Shown here: positions 49,321 through 61,597 of the stretch, piece after piece
How positions within the stretch are numbered: position 1 is the first letter of the stretch
Layout of the letters: each line of letters starts with the position of its first letter
Assembly: GCA_047495785.1 (NCBI GenBank)
Contig: JBLDXI010000042.1
Span: 5,022,001-5,086,000, forward strand
DNA from: Lepidodermella squamata
Taxonomy: Eukaryota > Animalia > Gastrotricha
Direction: 5' to 3'
Length of the DNA: 64,000 nt
Notes under the pieces: generated by a model
The model's database searches: none
Seen by the model: the letters and a program-made list of their open reading frames with translations, nothing else
Told to the model about the DNA's origin: nothing
Translations under genes and position numbers: made by a program

Positions 49321-50091
49321 GGCAGGTAAATTACGCGTAGCCCTTTAAAGGTAATATAAATATCTGCTTTTTAAGTAAAAAGGCATAAGTAATAAGTATT
49401 ATTATTTTCGGAAACTTGGCCAATGCTCGGTGACATATACTACAGTCGAGAGTCAAATACATGTGTATATATTGGACATAGGGGAGGAAACTTGAAAAAC
49501 CGAACATATTATGGCCGAGCCGTAGGCGAGGACATTATTTTTGAGGTAATCAAACGCTGATTCGGTCGATTTTTTGCCGCCGGATCTTCGCGTCAAACTG
49601 GCACGCTGCTACGTTGAAGAATCGCACAATTGCTCGTGCAATTTGAACTATCGGCTCGTCAAATCACCCTTACTCGGCGAGTGCATTCGGCTCACGGCAG
49701 TTACAGTTCGCCGGACTGGTCGAATCAAGCTCAATCATGTTATCGATCCCGCTCGAGGAAGCGTGCCGTTGAACCGATTGGAGTCGGGAACGAATGGCAC
49801 GGAATCCAAGACGAATATTGTGGTCATTTCCAGGAGGAATGCTGCGCGATTTTCTCTACTGCTACTCGGATTCCGCGGTGGAGTGCTGGGTTTTATCGAC
49901 ATCGGAGCTGACTGATGCTCGATTTTCACGGAAGTGAGGCCGAATGCTTCTCAATTTTTTGGTATCAGGGATGAATGCTGCCAGATTTTCGAGCCGCGCC
50001 AGCTTTTTCCATGAGATTGTTTGATTTTTAATAGTAAAGCTATTTTGGGTTCTTCGGGTTTTTTGGGTGTCATGAGTTTCATGGGTCTTAA

Positions 50092-50474
50092 CACTTTAAC
50101 TGCCAAAAATAGGCTGCGAGGTCCGATATTTGGACCTAAATCCTGGGTCAGTCAAAAAGTCCTGTTTTTCGGGTCAACGTGAAATTTAGATTGTTGCGCC
50201 ATAATCTGGGTCCAATAATTAGGTCCAATTCTTGGGTCTGATTTTTGGCTCTAATCCAAAATTTCACTGTTTTTTAACTGCCATTTCAGAGACCTGCTCA
50301 GACTTCATGGCCCCGAGTTCGGTGTCAAAAGAACCGCCGGGTCATGGCCTACATTTTGCCGTCAGGCATTTAGCCCTACGACGCATCGTAGACCCGAAAA
50401 ACAGGACTTTTTGACAGACCCAGGATTTAGGTCCAAATATCGGACCTTGCAGCCTATTTTTGGCAGTTAAAGTG
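50092..50474. mobile_element. TTAA-targeting (piggyBac-like) MITE with ~85-bp TIRs
   Basis: TTAA|CACTTTAACTGCCAAAAATAGGCTGC...CGGGTC is inverted at 50391-50474 and followed by TTAA. Confidence 0.85.
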
Positions 50475-50609
50475 TTAACAGGAGTCCAATACTATGTGCT
50501 CCTCCTTAAAAAATTAAGTGTCCAATATGTGAAATTATGTAAACATATAATAACATATAGACCTAACATCTACTTGCCTTAGAGGTTTATATGTTAAATG
50601 AAAGTAATA

Positions 50610-50806
50610 TCGCGCCTTCCGCGCCAGAACAGTGTGCCGGAAATAGAAACGAATGGCGTAATGCATTTGATGCGCAGAAAAAACTGGCGTTCAACATTTT
50701 TTCCAGCTATCAGGCACGCGACAAGGAACTTGGCGAAGATGCAAAAAGTTAGTTTTACGCCATTTGTTTCTATTTCCGGCACACTGTTCTGGCGCGGAAG
50801 GCGCGA
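50610..50806. mobile_element. TA-targeting (Tc1/mariner-type) MITE with ~52-bp TIRs
   Basis: TA|TCGCGCCTTCCGCGCCAGAACAGTGTGCCGGAAATAGAAAC... is near-perfectly inverted at the right end and followed by TA. Confidence 0.8.
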
Positions 50807-51287
50807 TATATGAATATTATGAACTAGAAAAATTCGCTTCTTATAACAAATTCGCGATCTGGACTTATTTCGAATCAGTCGAGCGTGAATATGTTGTATG
50901 CATGGGCCAAGAGTTTTAGCGGGGTTAACGACCAAAACGAGGGTTTTTATAAATCCTGACTCTGTGTGCCTTTCTTATCTTACCTCATTCGAATAGCATC
51001 ACCTATCGGCTTGTCAGCTGCTTGATAAGACCCCGCGGAATGTTGAAGATAAATTGTAAAGCGTCAGCTAGCGTCAAATATTGCTATCTTTTTTCCTTAT
51101 TTTATCGAGCCAATTTATCAGAAATGCAATAGAATAGCACAATATCTTAGTTGTTGCGCGACAGGTAATTGCAGCTTTCTACGCGCGCGCTGCAAAATCA
51201 CAAGAGAACCACAAGTCTGCTAGCCCGAACTGAACAAGTCCAGTATATCATGTGAAGCACGCGCATCGAGAGTTCATTTTTCAATTA

Positions 51288-51461
51288 CAGTAAAACCTGT
51301 TATCTCGAACTCTGTGAAGGGCGAAAATCTGTCATGTCGAACACTTTTCGTAGAACCGTCTATAGTTCACATAAGCTAAATTTCTCTCTCTATGCCGAAA
51401 CTCTCTGTATGTCGAATGCATTTTTCGGAACCGTAGCCTTTCGAGATAACAGGTTTCACTG
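51288..51461. mobile_element. Tigger/pogo-type MITE
   Basis: TA|CAGTAAAACCTGTTATCTCGAA ... TTCGAGATAACAGGTTTCACTG|TA. Confidence 0.82.
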
Positions 51462-51897
51462 TAGCACCAAATTTCAAAAAAATGCAAATGAAGAAGATAT
51501 GCTAGAAATAACGATGCCTTACAATCGACAGGTGCTTAAAAATATTTACAAGTAAAATAAAATCGCGCCACCATGTTTCATCATGATATTATGTCGCTTT
51601 TTTGAAATCGCAATTCTCTACATTTTTAGAAGCGCCTGAGTTCTGATGATTCTAAGGAATTTTGATGAAATTATACCCCAAATTCACCGAAAATAGCTCG
51701 TAGCTCGTGCCATCAGTACGCGCTTTCGCAATTCGTTAGGTGAAATTCGAATTTAGCGCGCCACTATTTATTCTATTTTCTATTTAATCGATAGGTACAC
51801 TTAGCAAAAAAAGTCCGGTCCCTCCGCCTCCCAATGATAAAAATAAATTATTTAAATAAAATAATATAATTTTTGTGATATATTATTTTATGGGTCA

Positions 51898-52360
51898 AGC
51901 TATTCGTACATAACTATGTACGCGAAAATTGCTATTCGTACATAGTATGTACGCGAAAATTGCTATTCGTACATAGTTTTTCGCGATTTTTAAGCAAGGT
52001 GTGGAAATTCGAAAATTGACGGTAGCATCATGAAATTTTACAGGTAGACGCATCAAAGTGAGAGCTATTTAGTGGCTAAATTTCCTTGGATCATCACCAA
52101 ACGTGTTCTAGTAAGCGTCCCAAAACTGAATCAGATTATACAGCGTTGCGACTCTAGCATAGGGGTTCCATGCGTGATTTTTTGAGGGGTGCTAGACCTG
52201 ATACTCAGCTATGCGCACGCAAAAAATTAGACTAATCGGGTGCAAATTGAGAAAGTTATTGATTTTAGAAATTTCATTTTAAGTTATGTACGTAACATAA
52301 CTATGTACGCGAAAATTGCTATTCGTACATAGTTTTAAAATGAAATTTCTAAAATCAATA
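51898..52360. repeat. Short tandem repeat with a fold-back hairpin
   Basis: The unit GCTATTCGTACATA..TATGTACGCGAAAATT repeats at 51900-51980 and ~52295-52335. A perfect 26-bp inverted pair TATTGATTTTAGAAATTTCATTTTAA spans 52257-52360. Confidence 0.7.
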
Positions 52361-52463
52361 GCTCGCCGAGAAGGTTCTTCAACCAGCAACGACAAAACAA
52401 AACATTTGAACTTCTCTGAATAATGTCGGTCGTTATTGAATTGTTTCGGGTTTCGGTTCATTC
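52360..52463 (-). pseudogene. Orphan kinase C-lobe exon fragment of the K family
   Basis: After a TTTTCAG acceptor it reads MNRNPKQFNNDRHYSEKFKCFVLSLLVEEPSRRA, homologous to K1 KEPKIFDKDRNYSEEYSCFVLSMLLKDPSLRA and K2 NEPKPFDANRHYSEEYKCFVLSML. Confidence 0.7.
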
Positions 52464-52604
52464 CTGAAAATGGTATCGCATAGATTGCGCACACAGTTAG
52501 GCGATTTTAATCAGGAATCCTTTTTTCAGATAGGAACAGAAACGTTGCAACTATGGCAGTTTCGCAAGGACATGACTTACTTGTAGTTGCCCCGTAGTAT
52601 CACC

Positions 52605-55006
52605 TTAGCTATCGAACTGTGACCTGTGTTTAGGCTGTGACCTGGCTTTGTTTTTGTGCCATTTATTTTTCTTTTTGCCTTGATTTTCCATTTCGTGGCG
52701 TTCTGCCTGGATTTTGGACTTTTCGCGATTTTCATTTAATAAAATTCTCAAATCTGGCTTTTCAGCCTGAGCTTTCATTTCATCAGCTCTTTTAGTTTCA
52801 TTAATTTCGTTCAAAAATAACCGTAAATCAGGTAAAGTTTTCTCATAGCTGGGTTTGACCTCGGCTTTGCCTGCCGATTGTTGCTGTGCTGTTGTTGTTG
52901 GAGCGTCGTCCTTTCGCAGTTTGGCACTTGCACTAGTTGGAGGGTCTCCACGATACGGCATCAACCTATCTCGATGAACTTTCTGCGTTTTTCCTTCGCC
53001 GTTAAACAATATGATTTCGTACGTTGTCTCGCCTATCCGGCCTAGCACTGTGTACGGACCTTGCCACTGGCTGGCAATTTTCCGTGAGCAACCAACCGGA
53101 ACGACCTGGCTATGTAGCCATACAAGCTGGCCTCTTTCAAGTGGCTCTGCGTTGGCTTCGAGGTCGTAGCGCTCCTTATACTTGGCTTGCGCTTGGGCAA
53201 TCCTTAATCGCGCTTCATGATAAGCTGTGCGCAATCTTTCGGTAATTAATTTTGCATATTCGCTGTAACTGCCGTAGTCCATTTTTGGCTTTAACGCATC
53301 AAATGGTTCGCGTTTCAATCTGCCGAACATCATGAACGCCGGCGAGTATTGAGTTACCCGATGGTTGGCCCCATTATAGCATGATACCACTCCTGGAAGA
53401 TAGCTACACCACGATCTCTGCGATGTTTTATCGCTCATAACTTTCGATAGAAGAGTTTCCATAATTAGATTTCCGCGTTCCGCGAAACTGTCACCTCTAC
53501 TGTGATAGCTCGTGGTGCGAGTTCGCTTAACATTATAGGCTTTACACAAATCCTGAATGACTTGGCTGTGTAAGTTGGGGCCTTGATCTGAGTGAAGTGT
53601 TTCAGGAGCTCCAAATAAGTCAAAGAATTGCTTCAATTTCTCGGCAATTAGCTCTGACGTAGCATTTGGCAATGGAACTGCGTATAGCCATTTTGTGAAC
53701 GAATCAACAATGGTCAAGATGTGTTTATTCCCCTTGTCGCTGATTGGCAAATCCATTAGGTCCATTGATACGAAAGCTAGTGGTTCAGACGCGGGTAAGC
53801 TCTGCATTGGCGCTTTTTGCTTCTGAACTCGATTCCGTTGGCACGGAATACATTCTTGGACATATTTGGTAATGTCCGATTCATAGCCTGGCCAATAGCA
53901 AGATGTTCTAACTTTGCTAAGTGTCTTGTCTAGGCCAATATGCGCCTGTTGATCATGGAAGATATTTAAGACTTCAGATCGGAGAGACACTGGTTCGCTT
54001 TCTACAATAATCGTCTTCCGACTGAGCTAATTTCAGGTTCTCCTGTGTGATCTTCATCTCTTCGGGCAAAACTAGATAGATTTTGCCACGTGGAGCCTTC
54101 TGGTTATTCTGCTTCCTACGTCTCTTCTTATTCCACTCCTCGACCTTAGGAACTACGTTCTCGCTCTTTTTCTCGGCTGCGGCTACTTTCTGGTCCTTTT
54201 TATCGAACTTCTCATTGAAAAGGATCAACTTGGCGTCCTGCTGTGCTTGTTTAACTGGGTCATCGAAGTAATGAGGTAACCTGGATAAACAATCTGGACC
54301 GGCCAAAAGTCTCCCAGGCTTGTGTATAATTGAGAAGTTGTAGAGCGATGCGTACCGAGCAATTCGCCCTAGCTTACTGAAGGCATCTTTGTGCGTTAGC
54401 AGCGTGGTATTTGCTGCGTGATCCGTTACTAGGTCAAAATCTGTGCCTGGCGGTGTCGTTGGAATTGATAATTCTTTCATTTTCAGATATGGGGAGAAGA
54501 ATTTCAATGCTACGCCTATTCCAATCGCCTCCCGCACGGTTGTAGATTCACCTTTTTCCGCCTTGGTCAAGGGTCGGGAGAAGAACCCAATGACCTTAAT
54601 TTGGGACTTGCCGTTTTTGTCGTGCTGGCGCTGCATGAGGCATGCTCCGATTCCTACGCCGGAAGCGTCCACCTCCAAGATGAAGCGATCCTTCGGATTG
54701 TTGTATGTTGGGTACCCTAGCACCACCGCTGCCACCGCTGCCACCAAATATGCAGACCTTGGTTTTAGATGCAAAAGTCACCCTCGATTTCAACGCAACG
54801 AATAAGATTTTATTTCTAGTACTTTCCCTTATATAGTCTGCGTGTTTACATTCTCACTTCAGTACAATCTTAGTGCATGCATATACAATGTGCTGCTCAG
54901 TGCAAAGTCTGTGAGTCTTTGAGTCTTCGGGTGTGCTGTGGAATTCGTTGAGTTTCAGGGTCTGCAAATGCCTTTTTATTTATCCAATTATTTGAAAGCT
55001 GTTACA
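52605..55006 (-). mobile_element. Internally deleted Gypsy/Ty3 LTR retrotransposon: 5' LTR (54751-55006), PBS, RNase H and integrase
   Basis: LTR runs TGTAACA...TGCA. PBS TGGTGGCAGCGGTGG at 54732-54746. RNase H FILEVDASGVGIG and TDH; integrase HHCC, VSMDL, HSDQGP, AER and WQGPY. No gag, protease, RT or 3' LTR. Confidence 0.9.
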
Positions 55007-55007
55007 C

Positions 55008-58000
55008 TCAACAGAAGGCACTATTCACGTTGCTTCTCCTGGCTAATATTTCCACGATTTCTACGAATCCATTTTTGGCCGCGAGTTGTGAAGGCGTCAA
55101 ACCATCCGCGTTCGTAACATTAACGTTGGCGTTGAATTCCTCTGACAGAACTTTGACCGCTTGCACGTGTCCATTCTGAGCTGCAAGGTGCAAAGCCATC
55201 CAGCCACCTTCCGCAGGGGCATTTACTTCGGCCTTGAACTCCCCGGCTAATGCTCTTATTACGTCTTCGTTGCCTCTCAAGGCAGCGAGATGCAAAGCAG
55301 TTAATCGTAAGAGCATTTTAGCGTCCACTCCGACTTCCTCTTTGTATTTTGTGGCCAGAAGTTTAACAACTCCGACCTGGCCTTCCAGAGATGCGAGATG
55401 CAGCAAGGTCATGCCACGGCTATCCTTCTTTCTTACGTTTGCTCCTGTTTCTGCCAGTGACTTAACAATCTTAACGTGACCGTTTTTGACTGCCGCCCAT
55501 ATTGGTGTCTCATCACTGTTTGTCGCAACATCAATGCTTTCGGGTGAAAATTCGGCCAGTATTTCGACGATACGAAGATTGCTGCTGTTAGCGGCTACGT
55601 AGATGGGAGTTCTACCCAATAGGTCCGTAGCCAAGGGGTCAGCTTTGGACACCTTTAGCAAAAACTGAACAATTTCCTCGTTTTCTTCTTTAGCAGCTAG
55701 AATCAGCGGCGTCATTCCTTCGCTGTTTTTGCAGTTTACTTTTATAGTTGGTTCTTTGGACAATAACAACAATTCGATATTTTCAGTTTTGCGCTCCCTG
55801 ATTAGGCGGAAAAGTAACTGAATAAAAAGATGACAAGTTCACCTTTCATAATCACTGAACAATTCGTCATTACCTTTTCAGCTTGGCTCAGTTCTGGATT
55901 TCCGTCGGCAGCTCTTCCCGCAAGCCGCTCAAGGATTTGACCATCTGATAGAGAGTTATCAGTTGCATTGAGAAAGGCTTGTGGTGGCACGCGCTTCGAG
56001 CTGTTTTTTTCGCGAATCATTCCCATGATCGCGTTTCGAATTTTAAACGAATAACCGCGGGGATTTTCGAAATTTTTCGGTTGATTGCTGCACATGTAAA
56101 AAGTTATTCATAGGACGAGATGTCAAAATCGTAACTTACAATACGATTGCGAAGGTAGAGTCAAACTAAAAATAAACTGTTTTGAAGAACCTTCTACATC
56201 AGGAGCGGAAATTACTCACAGGCAAGTAGTAATTCGCCAACTCGAACAAGGTTACACCTAAAGACCACCAGTCGCTCGCCTTTGAGTGATCGTTCTTCTC
56301 AAAATGTTCTGGGGGCTTGTAGAGATTTGCAATTGGTCGCCTTTCGTCTCTAGGAGAGATTTGTGGCATCAATAAAATTTCGAATCAATCTCACATTTGT
56401 ATGATATAGTACGAGTGTTTCATTTATATCTGAGATTCGTAGCACGAGATGCGGGCATGTTGACGAGGCGGAGCCGAGTCGACATGACCAAATCGAGTGC
56501 GGAGAATCCAGATATGAATGAATTACGAGTGCTATATCGTAAAATATTGCATGAGCATGGGTACTGACTCTATATTTTTTGAGCGAATGCTATATTTTTC
56601 ATCGTTGGTGCTGCGGGTGTGACTTTTTTCATCCGACCAATGTGCTGCTTAAAGTCCAAAGTTGTTAATATTGAGCATAAAACCAATTTTGTTTTCAAAA
56701 AAATATATATCCATAAGGGTTAATCAAACCGAGCGGATCAATGTACCGGCCATTTTAAAAAATGATTCACCGTAATTTAAATATCGCACTCCCTATTATG
56801 TTTGATCTGGCAGGGCCATTCTGATGCCCTGTTTGAACTCGTGCGGTGAAGTGAGGACTTCTGTATTCGGAAAATGGAATGGGGGTCATGGCGAATTTAG
56901 AGCTGATGTTTTCAGATTAAAAAACTGAGTCATCAGCCATTAATCGCAATATTGATTTTGGATGGAGGTAAGACTTTTAGATGCGCTGGCGACCATTTCA
57001 GATTTCAGACATTTCAAGCAGGGCCGGATTAACGCATATGCACAGAGGGCACGTGCCCAGGGGCCGCCAGTCAGAAAGGGCAGCCAGAAAGTGGTGAGAT
57101 GTTCACTCTTACTGAACATTCCCGGAAGATTTTTGGGCCTCTATTAGGTCGTTATGCTTTGCAATTGAGAGCCCCTCCAAGCATCCGGATCAGCCCAATT
57201 TTCATTTTGCTCAAAATTTGCTCGCTTCGCTCGCTAGTCGTCAACTGTTATACAGTTTATTTCATCATTACTACCCCTATTCAATTCATTTTCACCAAGC
57301 GTAAAAATCAATGAGAGCTGAACCCTCTAGCCTCAATGTTTTCCGAGTCAACTTTATCAGAATGAAACAGGAAAAGCAAGGATTTTTCTACATGAGAGTC
57401 TCAGGAATACTGTTGGAAAATTTCTCGCTTCGCTCGTGGTAAGGTGACAATATTGCCAAGTTGCAGATATTTTGTTAGAAAATCGAAAGCAACATCACAA
57501 CATCAACTCCAGCTATGTGAGCAATGTTAGGCGGCTTGTAGCAACAAAATACCAAAGCAAAATTAAATTATAAAAGGAATTTTTGCTTTTGAATCTCTAT
57601 TCCATCAGGAAATTGAGAAAAGTAACTTTAATCATGGTTTCAGGTATGAAAACCTTATAGTTTTAGCGAAAAAATATGAAGAGTAGGGCCGCCAACCAGA
57701 AAGTGCCCAGGGGCCACCCGAATGTTAATCCGGCCCTGATTTCAAGTAGACCATACCTTTCATAAATGTTGGCCAATCCGAAACCTCCGAGCTTGAAAGA
57801 GGCGCCGCCATTGAGAAATATATTCTTGGGTTCTATCGCACGATGAAGGATTTCGTTTTCGTGCAGCATTGCCACAGCCGAAGCTAGCTGTCGGGACCAG
57901 TCCATCAACAAACTCTCGGCAATGGGCGCGGTCAATTTCTTCATGAAATCATATAAATTCCCATCACGGCAATATTCCATCACAAGATGGTAAGCGCCAG

Positions 58001-59701
58001 ACTCTTCGAAAATAAAATGGCTTATACTATTTCATGCAGATTTTGCGAATAACTTACCGTCGAATGAACCGAGAACAGAAACAATATTAGGATGCGACAA
58101 ATTCACCAGTTTAAGATTCTATCCAGTATGACATCTTTACACGTAACTTTTGAGATTGACTAAGCAGCTTTACCTTGTCTCGGCTTACTTTGATAAGCAG
58201 TTCGGCAAAATTTACATCATTGTCGTAACTCTGGTGAATCAGGCCGAGGTTGAAAGCCTTAACAACATAACTTGCGGCGTCTTTGTATCGCTTGCACAGT
58301 ATTGTCGAGCTAAAAGTACCAGTTCCCAACTCCTTTTCACGTTTGAACTCGTTCATTGAGTTAAACTCCAACTTCTTCGCTCCTGCTACGGGCTCTTTGA
58401 TTATTTTCTCTTTTTTTATGAATGGACTGCTCCGCAGATCAGCAGCCGTAGCTCTCCGGGGGCCACCAGCAGCTGTATCACTCTGGGGCGTATCTTTAAC
58501 GAGCATTGATAGAACGAAGCATTTGTACTCCTCTGAATAGTGTCGGTTTGCGTCGAATGGTTTCGGCTCATTCCTTAAAGTGACATAAGCGTCGAAAAGG
58601 CTTATTTGGAAAGTGTTTTAAAAAATGGAAATATCGTGGCGTTCAATTTTTTGCTGGTTATTTTAGGGTGTCATTTTTGTGAGATGATGCCTGATAATAC
58701 TTCTAACTTACTCGGTAATTTCGCCCTGGCTGTCAAACTAAAACAAGTTGGAGTAATTTGAAATTTTCTTCCTAAACGAGTGCTTAAAAGCTTACTGGCA
58801 AGAAGAAATTGGCCAGTTCGAAGACAGTAACACCGAGAGACCACCAGTCACTCGCCTCTGAATTGCTCTGGTTACAGAAAGTTTCAGGCGCCATGTATAA
58901 CGGTGTGCCAGGGCCAGTCAATGAGCTGCTCGCCGACCTGCGAAGCAAGGAATTCAACCTTTTTTAACTGTACTATGACTGTTATTAGAACTCACAGGTC
59001 TGGAGGGGGTTTCGCCACGCCAAAATCACCAATTTTAACAATTCTCTCGTCCGCGCACAAGAAGATGTTATGTGGCTTGATGTCACGATGCAGCACCCCG
59101 TGGCTGTGGATCGTATCGACTGCCGACACCAACTGGCATGCCCAACCGTGCAAGACCTCTTCGGGTATTACCTCGTTGGCTTGTTTTTTTCGTTCTATGT
59201 AGCCTGCCAAATCCCCGTTTGCACAATACTCCATCACCAAGTAGTAAATCTCGTTCCCGACTTTCCAATCGTCGAGCCCTTCACCCGAATGCTGCAATAA
59301 TAATTCTGAAATAGATTGTTAAATGTATTGTGAGCTTTGATGCATGGATTAATGAAACCTGTAAATGCAGCATAGACGGTGACGATGTTATCATGCTGCA
59401 GCTTCTCCAATATTTTGTGCTGATGCATAATAAAAAACACACATCGTTAAAGATACTATCGAATCTTTTATGTTACCTCACGGCGGCTTGATGTCACAAG
59501 CTTCAGTGCGCTATAATGTACACCGCCGCTCTCCGTTTCATTCTTCTTCAGAATCGTGTTCAAGTTGACACCCTTCACCGCGAAGTCTTTACCAGCAAAG
59601 TTGCCATCTTTCGGCCTACATAGCCATACGGAACCAAAACCTCCTTTTCCCAGCTGTCGTATTGTTTCGAATTGGGATATTGATGTGAATGCAGCCGCCA
59701 T
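55008..59701 (-). CDS. Gene K2: NEK-like kinase + pseudokinase + about 7 ankyrin repeats
   Basis: GKGGFGSV, FAVK, HRDIKPHNIFL, DFG, GTPLYMAPE. Second domain GTGTFS, HRAIEPKNIFL, KLGGFGLA. Splice AEK|LLFRLIR into the ankyrin exon; same exon structure as K1. Confidence 0.85.
56396..56545. repeat. ~150-bp imperfect hairpin repeat in a K2 intron
   Basis: Arms TATGATATAGTAC / GTGCTATATCGTA, TTCATTTATATCTG / CAGATATGAATGAA and CATGTTGAC / GTCGACATG surround GAGGCGGAGCCGA. Confidence 0.7.
57019..57738. mobile_element. hAT-type MITE in a K2 intron
   Basis: 15-bp TIR CAGGGCCGGATTAAC and 8-bp TSD ATTTCAAG (57011-57018 and 57739-57746). Confidence 0.88.
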
Positions 59702-61597
59702 GTCGAGTAAAGTACGTGTTGCCTGCTGACTCCAAAGTAATTAGCTGTTTTACAATGTAAATGACTGCTATCCAATACGGAGCCAACTTATAGGCAGCGC
59801 TACGCTAATGAGATAAGAAACACGGGAGAAAAATGCAGATTAGATAATTCTTGGTTTCAGCGTAACATCGCTGAGTTTCCTGGTCTTGGGTTCAAGTCGT
59901 CTGATAACACCCTGCGAAGATTCTGTTGAGTTGGGCAAGGAATTTCCTGGTCATCTCGACCCTTCTGCAGGGCAACAAAAAGTAGAGAAAGTCCAATTGA
60001 TATGACACGAATTGAAAACCCGGGGCTAAAATCTTCAGCCGCCAAATTCAAACACGTTAACCTAATTGAGTCGACCAACCTGAAGATCATTGAACAAGCC
60101 ATTCTTTGATCGAATTCATTTTTTATTCAATTTCATGCCGAATTTTCGACAATAATCGAAGCGTTCACATTGCCGTTCCTTCTTCAATTACGTGTATCAT
60201 TCAGTTCATATCAAGCGATCCCTTTATGCTTAGTATTTTCCATTTCATTCATCATTGAGATAACTCGCGAGCAAAAAGTTATCGGAGAAAGGCAGCGCTG
60301 AGAGAAAGAAGAAATAATCAATTTTTACTCGAATAAATTCCACTGCATATTTTACAAGTGCAACATATATGGGGGAGAAATAATTCAGCAAGAAATAAAT
60401 ATTTGCAATCATCAATAAATTATTATAACAAGGGTTTAACCTCACAATAAAAGGGGTCAGGATAACAAATTAGAATCCATTGTTCTCTCTGTCCAATTAT
60501 CATCGAGAGCGAAAGAGCGAATAATTGTTGTTGTTTTCCGAAAGAAAAATCACGCAGAATGAAGCTGGTACGGAATTTTCGGTCATTTCCGGCGACTTCA
60601 ACCCGCCCGGTGCCAGGTCGAGCGTGACGGCGCTGATGAGTGAAGTCGAGCGTATCACGGCGAACAGCTCAACGTCCTGCGGGCCCAGCGTGAACAGCGG
60701 CGGCGAGTTCGGCTCGTCCAGCGACGAAATCAGCGACTTGGCCCGGCACGAATCGGCCCCGGACGAAATCGGGCTCACCGGCCCACACGAACTGGTCGAG
60801 CGTGTCAACGAGAGGCACGACGACGAAACGGCCGGGCGGTGCTCGTAGGGGAAGGCCGCGCCTTTAACCACCCCCAGCAGCGATTTATCAGCCAGGCACC
60901 GTTCCAGCTTAACGAGCTGCTTCGGTGCAGTCAGACATATCGAGAGGGACACGTGGCTCGGGGCGACACGCATGACTGTGTCCTGCCCGCAGCAGCTGGT
61001 TTGTTCCGTTGTTCTGACAAACAATGACGAAAAACAACGAGCCGACTATACATAGTATCGATGAAAGCGCACATGAGAGCATCGACGCGATGAAGTTACC
61101 GCAAGGTGCAAAGGAAAGGCCGGTAAAATTATCTTTGGATTCTCATACCACCTGTACTCAGCGCTTAATCAGGTTAATCAGGGTCACTATTAATGTTCAA
61201 TCAGCTTCGCTCTAAGCCGACTCACGGTTTGCGACACTAACCTCGGCTAGGACATTAACCACGGTCCTAGCAATGCCGTTTCTAGCGTTCAATCTCGGGA
61301 CGCGTGATTTTTCTTGACACTTCACCCGTGATATGGCTAAGGGTGTTGGTAACATGAGGTTGTACGTGTAGAAGCTGATATAATTTTATACAATTTCGTT
61401 CCAACTATTTTACACCAATCGGAGCGTTCTAATACATAGTCATTCTCTACGTGCATCATTCAGTTCATTTCAAGCGATCGCGTAATTTCAGTTGTAGTTT
61501 TCGTTTCATCTAACGAAATTATGCTGGAGATGTCAGCGATGTTCCGAAGAAGAATTAGAATGGATGATTGTTCATGATTATAAAACAGCTACCAGGC

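Noticed and set aside
50594-50935. ORFs on both strands sharing ISRLPRQNSVPEIETNGV
   Set aside because: An artefact of the MITE's inverted repeats.
51898-51980. Short repeats that might be read as a CRISPR array
   Set aside because: Eukaryotic context, no unique spacers and no cas genes; a simple tandem repeat.
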